Shown: positions 60,162 to 64,000 of the stretch, one piece after another
Layout: the number at the start of each line of letters is the position of its first letter
Position numbering within the stretch: the stretch's first letter is position 1
Source: Promethearchaeia archaeon
GTDB lineage: Archaea > Asgardarchaeota > Lokiarchaeia > Sigyniarchaeales > SOKP01
Assembly (NCBI GenBank): GCA_029856125.1
Contig: JAHQWJ010000120.1
Coordinates: 160,001-224,000 of the forward strand
Direction: 5' to 3'
Length of the DNA: 64,000 nucleotides
The notes under the pieces: generated by a model
Told to the model about the DNA's origin: nothing
Seen by the model: only the letters and a program-made list of their open reading frames with translations
Database searches by the model: none
Made by a program: the position numbers and the translations under genes

Positions 60162-60257
60162 GTATTATCACTATTTTTAATTTGACTACTGAATTGTTTA
60201 AATTAATTTTATCTTATATTTTTTTTTATAATATATAATAAAACATGAATAAATTTT

Positions 60258-61358
60258 ATGGGGATAATAATGAACGATAATTTTCTTAAAGAAATTAAAT
60301 CTCAACCTCAAGCGTTAGAAGATACATTAAAATATATCGTAGGCGAGGGTAGACCTCAATTTCTAAAGATTAGAGATTTTATAAAAAAAGGAGGGATAAC
60401 TAAATTAATTTTTACAGGTATGGGTTCAAATTACATCAGTTCATATCTACCTTATTATATATTGAACCAATACGGAATTGCTGTTGAAATGCGAGAGGCC
60501 GGAGAATTCTTGTTTAACACTTTTCCACGAGTTAAGCAAACTTGCTTTAAGGATACAGGAATCATAATTATATCTCCGTCTGGTGAATCTGAAGAAATTC
60601 GGGAGCTTCTGAGGGATATTAATGCTATATCTATAGACGACAAACCACTCACGATTGGTATCACTAATAATCCAGACAGTTATCTAGCTTATATGACCGA
60701 ATTGCAGATTTTTATGAATTTTGACGAAGAAATTTCAGTTACTTCACAGAGTTATGTGTGTACTTTGTTAATGCTTTACATAATGGCTAAAACAATTATA
60801 GGGGAATTTTTTACATCCGAAGAAGAAACACAAGCAGTAGAAGATGTTCTAAGGAGTATCAAGGAGTTATTACAGAACCAAAAACAAATTAACAAAATAT
60901 GGAAAGATTTTGTACCTGCTTTTGGAGAAAAAATTAATTTTTTAGAATTTCTCTCGAGAGGTTCTTCACTTACAACGGCTCACCAGGCAGCTTTATATTT
61001 TAAGGAAATTGTTAAATCTTATTCGGAAGCAAATTCTATATCAACTTTTAGGCATGGGGCTATAGAATGCTTAAATAAAAATACGAATATTGTAATTCTT
61101 TCTTCTGACAAAGACAATTTTGATTTGAATGTTCAGTTTATTGAAAATCTAGTAAAAAAATGGGCATTCGGGAGATTACTACACATTACTAATCAAGAGT
61201 TTGATGATAGAGTAAAAAAATTACACGATAGCTCAAAGATTTTCACTTACAAGCACGGAATAAAAGATTCACATCTCGCCCCTATTATGGAAATAATAGT
61301 TCTCCAACTATTGTTCCTTAAGATTGCAGAAAAAAAGGGAATTGAACCCGGAGTTTAG
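60258..61358 (+). CDS. SIS-domain (GlmS isomerase-like) sugar-phosphate protein
   Basis: EIKSQP, GMGSN, SPSGES, ITNNPDS, KE..., FRHG. Confidence 0.85.
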   Translation: MGIIMNDNFLKEIKSQPQALEDTLKYIVGEGRPQFLKIRDFIKKGGITKLIFTGMGSNYISSYLPYYILNQYGIAVEMREAGEFLFNTFPRVKQTCFKDTGIIIISPSGESEEIRELLRDINAISIDDKPLTIGITNNPDSYLAYMTELQIFMNFDEEISVTSQSYVCTLLMLYIMAKTIIGEFFTSEEETQAVEDVLRSIKELLQNQKQINKIWKDFVPAFGEKINFLEFLSRGSSLTTAHQAALYFKEIVKSYSEANSISTFRHGAIECLNKNTNIVILSSDKDNFDLNVQFIENLVKKWAFGRLLHITNQEFDDRVKKLHDSSKIFTYKHGIKDSHLAPIMEIIVLQLLFLKIAEKKGIEPGV

Positions 61359-61424
61359 TAAACTTAAGAAATTATTATTCCTTATACTCAAATATCATTT
61401 AATTCTTCTCAGCCATTAGGAAAT

Positions 61425-62693
61425 ATGCAATCAACAGCTTCATCACAATCATTTAAAAATTATCTTTTTTTTTGGTCAGGTCAGCTTTTTTCGTTGCTAG
61501 GTTCTACAATTGTTCAATTTGTAATAATCTGGTGGATCACAATTGAAACTGAGGATCTAACAATCATCTCAGTGGCTGCTTTCTTCTCATTTCTCCCTCA
61601 ATTCATTTTTGGGCCACTAGCAGGCGTATTTGCTGATAGGTGGAATAGAAAAATCTTGATAGGACTCTCTGATTTCTTTCAAGCTATCACGACTTTAAGC
61701 TTGGTGTTATTGTTTTTTTTTGATATACAAGACGTTTGGATGATCATTTTAATCAACAGTTTTAGAGGACTATTTCAAGGATTTCATTGGCCAGCAGTAA
61801 ATGCTATAATTCCTTTAATGATCCCAAAGGAACATTTAAGCAGGATGAACGCTATCAATTATATTTTCACAGGTTTGGTTAATACTATGGGCCCAGTTAT
61901 CGCAGGTACTTTCCTACTAATCTTGCCAATAGATCAAATTTTGTGGGTTGATATTCTGACTTTTGTGTTTGCCATAATACCTCTTTTATTAATAAAAATA
62001 CCTCCACTCCCTAAAAAAGAACATATTAGAAAACAAAAATCTTATATTGGAGAATTTAAGATCGGATTGAAAGCGATCAAAATAGTACCAGGTTTGCTTA
62101 CTCTCCTTTTTGTAGCCACAATTTTAAATTTTCTTGGAAACCCTTATGGCACTTTAATGGTATATTATGTAGAAGTAACACATTTTGGGACTGTTGAGAA
62201 CACAGCTATCGTTCTTGCTTCAATCCAAGCCGGGATGTTCGTTGGGGCTATAATCGTCGTCATCAAAAAAGTTTGGAAGAAAAAAATATTAATCATATTT
62301 CTTGGCATCTTTGTAGGGGAAATCGGACATTTGATATTATCCTTTGCTCCACCACAAAATTTCATCGTTATAAGTATAGGTGGTTTCATCTTTGCGTTTA
62401 TTGTTCCATTTGTTAACACCATGTTTCTAACTATTCTGCAGACTGTGATATCTCCAGACAAGCAAGGTCGGGTCATGTCAAATGTAATCACCATTGTTAC
62501 GTTGGTATCACCGTTAGCGATGATAATTTCAGGACCATTAGCAGAGCTTATGGGTATTAAGACTCTTTTTATGGTAAGTTCGTTTTTAAATATCATTTTT
62601 ATTGCATTCGTTTGGTTGTTTTCTAATATTAGAAACACAAATTACGATAGAGTATATGAATTAGATGAATTAGATGAGAATAGCATTAATTAA
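61425..62693 (+). CDS. MFS transporter (MefA/DHA3-like)
   Basis: WSGQLFSLLGS, GVFADRWNRK, QGRV, 12 TM segments. Confidence 0.9.
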   Translation: MQSTASSQSFKNYLFFWSGQLFSLLGSTIVQFVIIWWITIETEDLTIISVAAFFSFLPQFIFGPLAGVFADRWNRKILIGLSDFFQAITTLSLVLLFFFDIQDVWMIILINSFRGLFQGFHWPAVNAIIPLMIPKEHLSRMNAINYIFTGLVNTMGPVIAGTFLLILPIDQILWVDILTFVFAIIPLLLIKIPPLPKKEHIRKQKSYIGEFKIGLKAIKIVPGLLTLLFVATILNFLGNPYGTLMVYYVEVTHFGTVENTAIVLASIQAGMFVGAIIVVIKKVWKKKILIIFLGIFVGEIGHLILSFAPPQNFIVISIGGFIFAFIVPFVNTMFLTILQTVISPDKQGRVMSNVITIVTLVSPLAMIISGPLAELMGIKTLFMVSSFLNIIFIAFVWLFSNIRNTNYDRVYELDELDENSIN

Positions 62694-62761
62694 AATAGTT
62701 TTTAAAAAAAGGTCTTTTTAATTATTTTATACATTCTAATATTAACTTTATTTGAAAAAAG

Positions 62762-63898
62762 ATGACAAAAGCTATTATACTATCGGGAGGATACGGAACC
62801 CGCTTACGACCATTATCGTGTAATGTACCAAAATCTTTAATGCCAATCGTCAATAAACCTGTTATGGAGCGGCAGATTCTTCTTTTAAAATCCGCGGGTG
62901 TTAAAGAAATCGTTCTGGCTGTAAGTGTGATGGGTGATATTGTTAAAAACTATTTTAAAGATGGTTCCCATCTAGGAGTTAGAATACATTATACGGAAGA
63001 AAAACATCCTTTGGGAACTGCGGGAGCGATTAAAATAGCTGAGCCTTATTTGAGAGATGAAAATTTCTTCATGCTAAATGGGGATGTGATCTTCAACTGT
63101 GATCTAAATAAAATGCTGCAATTTCATACAACTAAAAAAGGTATTGGAACTATAGCTGGAAAGGTTGTTGACGATCCTTCTCGATATGGTGTGTTAATAG
63201 AAAATGAGGATACTCACCAGTTATTGGAATTCCTAGAAAAAGACGAATATTTTCCTTCAAACGGGAAAATTGTCCCCATGCCTATTAATGCCGGAGTCTA
63301 TCTATTAGAACCAGAAATTTTTACTTATATTGAACCACATAAAAAAGTATCAATAGAAAAACAAGTGTTTCCTATTGCAGTAAAAAAGGAACAACTTTAT
63401 CATTACCAAATAAGTGGTGTATGGAAAGATATTGGAAAGCCGTACGATTTACTTGAAGGAAATATAATACTAATGGTGGATATAATGAAAAATTTAAAAG
63501 GCGATGTTAAAAATTTAATAGATCATTCTGCTGACATCCACCCTAGCTCAAAAATTTATTCGCCGTGTACCATAGGTGAAAATGTTGTAATTCGAGGGAA
63601 TAGTACAATTGGTCCAAATGTAATAATAGGAGATAATGTATTTATTGATAATAATGTCGAACTCAGGGAATGCGTAATCTATAACGAATCATACATATCA
63701 AGCAATGTTAAGATCGAAAAGGCCATTATCGCTGATAATTGTCATATTCAAGAAAATGTAACACTAAAGGGAAATAATGAGAACCTCGTAATTTTAGCCT
63801 CATATGTAGAAGTGTTAAAAAATCTCGAAATTTTAGCGCCTAAAACAATTTCGCTAACAGTGTGTCACCACGAAGTTTTGAAGGAAAATATGAAATAA
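62762..63898 (+). CDS. NDP-sugar pyrophosphorylase (mannose-1-phosphate guanylyltransferase-like) with hexapeptide repeats
   Basis: GGYGTRLRPL..PK, PLGTAG, NGD, WKDIG, left-handed beta-helix repeats. Confidence 0.9.
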   Translation: MTKAIILSGGYGTRLRPLSCNVPKSLMPIVNKPVMERQILLLKSAGVKEIVLAVSVMGDIVKNYFKDGSHLGVRIHYTEEKHPLGTAGAIKIAEPYLRDENFFMLNGDVIFNCDLNKMLQFHTTKKGIGTIAGKVVDDPSRYGVLIENEDTHQLLEFLEKDEYFPSNGKIVPMPINAGVYLLEPEIFTYIEPHKKVSIEKQVFPIAVKKEQLYHYQISGVWKDIGKPYDLLEGNIILMVDIMKNLKGDVKNLIDHSADIHPSSKIYSPCTIGENVVIRGNSTIGPNVIIGDNVFIDNNVELRECVIYNESYISSNVKIEKAIIADNCHIQENVTLKGNNENLVILASYVEVLKNLEILAPKTISLTVCHHEVLKENMK

Positions 63899-63901
63899 GT
63901 T

Positions 63902-64000
63902 ATGAAAGACCATCTAACACCAGAGAGTATTTACTCTAAATATGTTGATAAAAAGATAGGAACGAAGCATGCTCTAAAATTATTTGAATCCATTATTAAC
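63902..64000 (+). CDS. 5' end of a gene truncated by the window edge
   Basis: ATG 3 nt after the previous stop; frame open to the end (MKDHLTPESIYSKY...). Confidence 0.5.
   Translation, partial: MKDHLTPESIYSKYVDKKIGTKHALKLFESIIN

Noticed and set aside
1906-62638. Many short antisense or nested ORFs in the track (e.g. 1906-2187, 5449-6786, 9048-9725, 11669-12379, 19829-20341, 45027-46616, 62165-62638)
   Set aside because: They are shadows of well-supported genes and have no motifs
1-64000. tRNA (including tRNA-Sec), rRNA, transposases, integrases, CRISPR arrays
   Set aside because: None recognised by eye; the only long GC-rich non-coding stretch is the SRP RNA. tRNAscan/Infernal were not run.

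Overview
AT-rich archaeal window, most likely Asgard (Lokiarchaeia-like). The assignment rests on an archaeal SRP RNA, a DGGGP-synthase-like UbiA, a tungsten AOR, longin-like and roadblock-domain proteins, a C4C4 RING protein, a Bud23-like methyltransferase and AGGTGA ribosome-binding sites. Most of the window is metabolic or housekeeping: a glutamate synthase-like FMN enzyme, pepF, guaA, three tandem glutamate dehydrogenases, CDF transporters, QueG/reductive-dehalogenase-like proteins flanking a sulfatase, 4-hydroxybutyryl-CoA dehydratase, an FAD dehydrogenase-EtfB-EtfA cluster, glucan phosphorylase and others. The main discovery lies in the apparently empty gap 15400-16140, which the ORF track misses. 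It holds two tandem micro-ORFs (15536-15682 and 15883-16023). Each has an in-frame TGA at codon 21, preceded by a Cys (CTGU and CYQTSU), and reads on to a Lys-rich tail ending in TAA. Each is followed within 10 nt by a copy of the same ~63-nt three-way-junction RNA element with compensatory base changes. The simplest reading is a pair of unannotated micro-selenoproteins with a non-canonical SECIS-like 3' element; this is inference and has not been tested. Also found: an unlisted SRP RNA (30149-30451, minus strand) and an in-frame TAA splitting one dehalogenase-like gene. No CRISPR array, tRNA, rRNA or transposase was seen. All protein calls come from motif recognition, not database searches.
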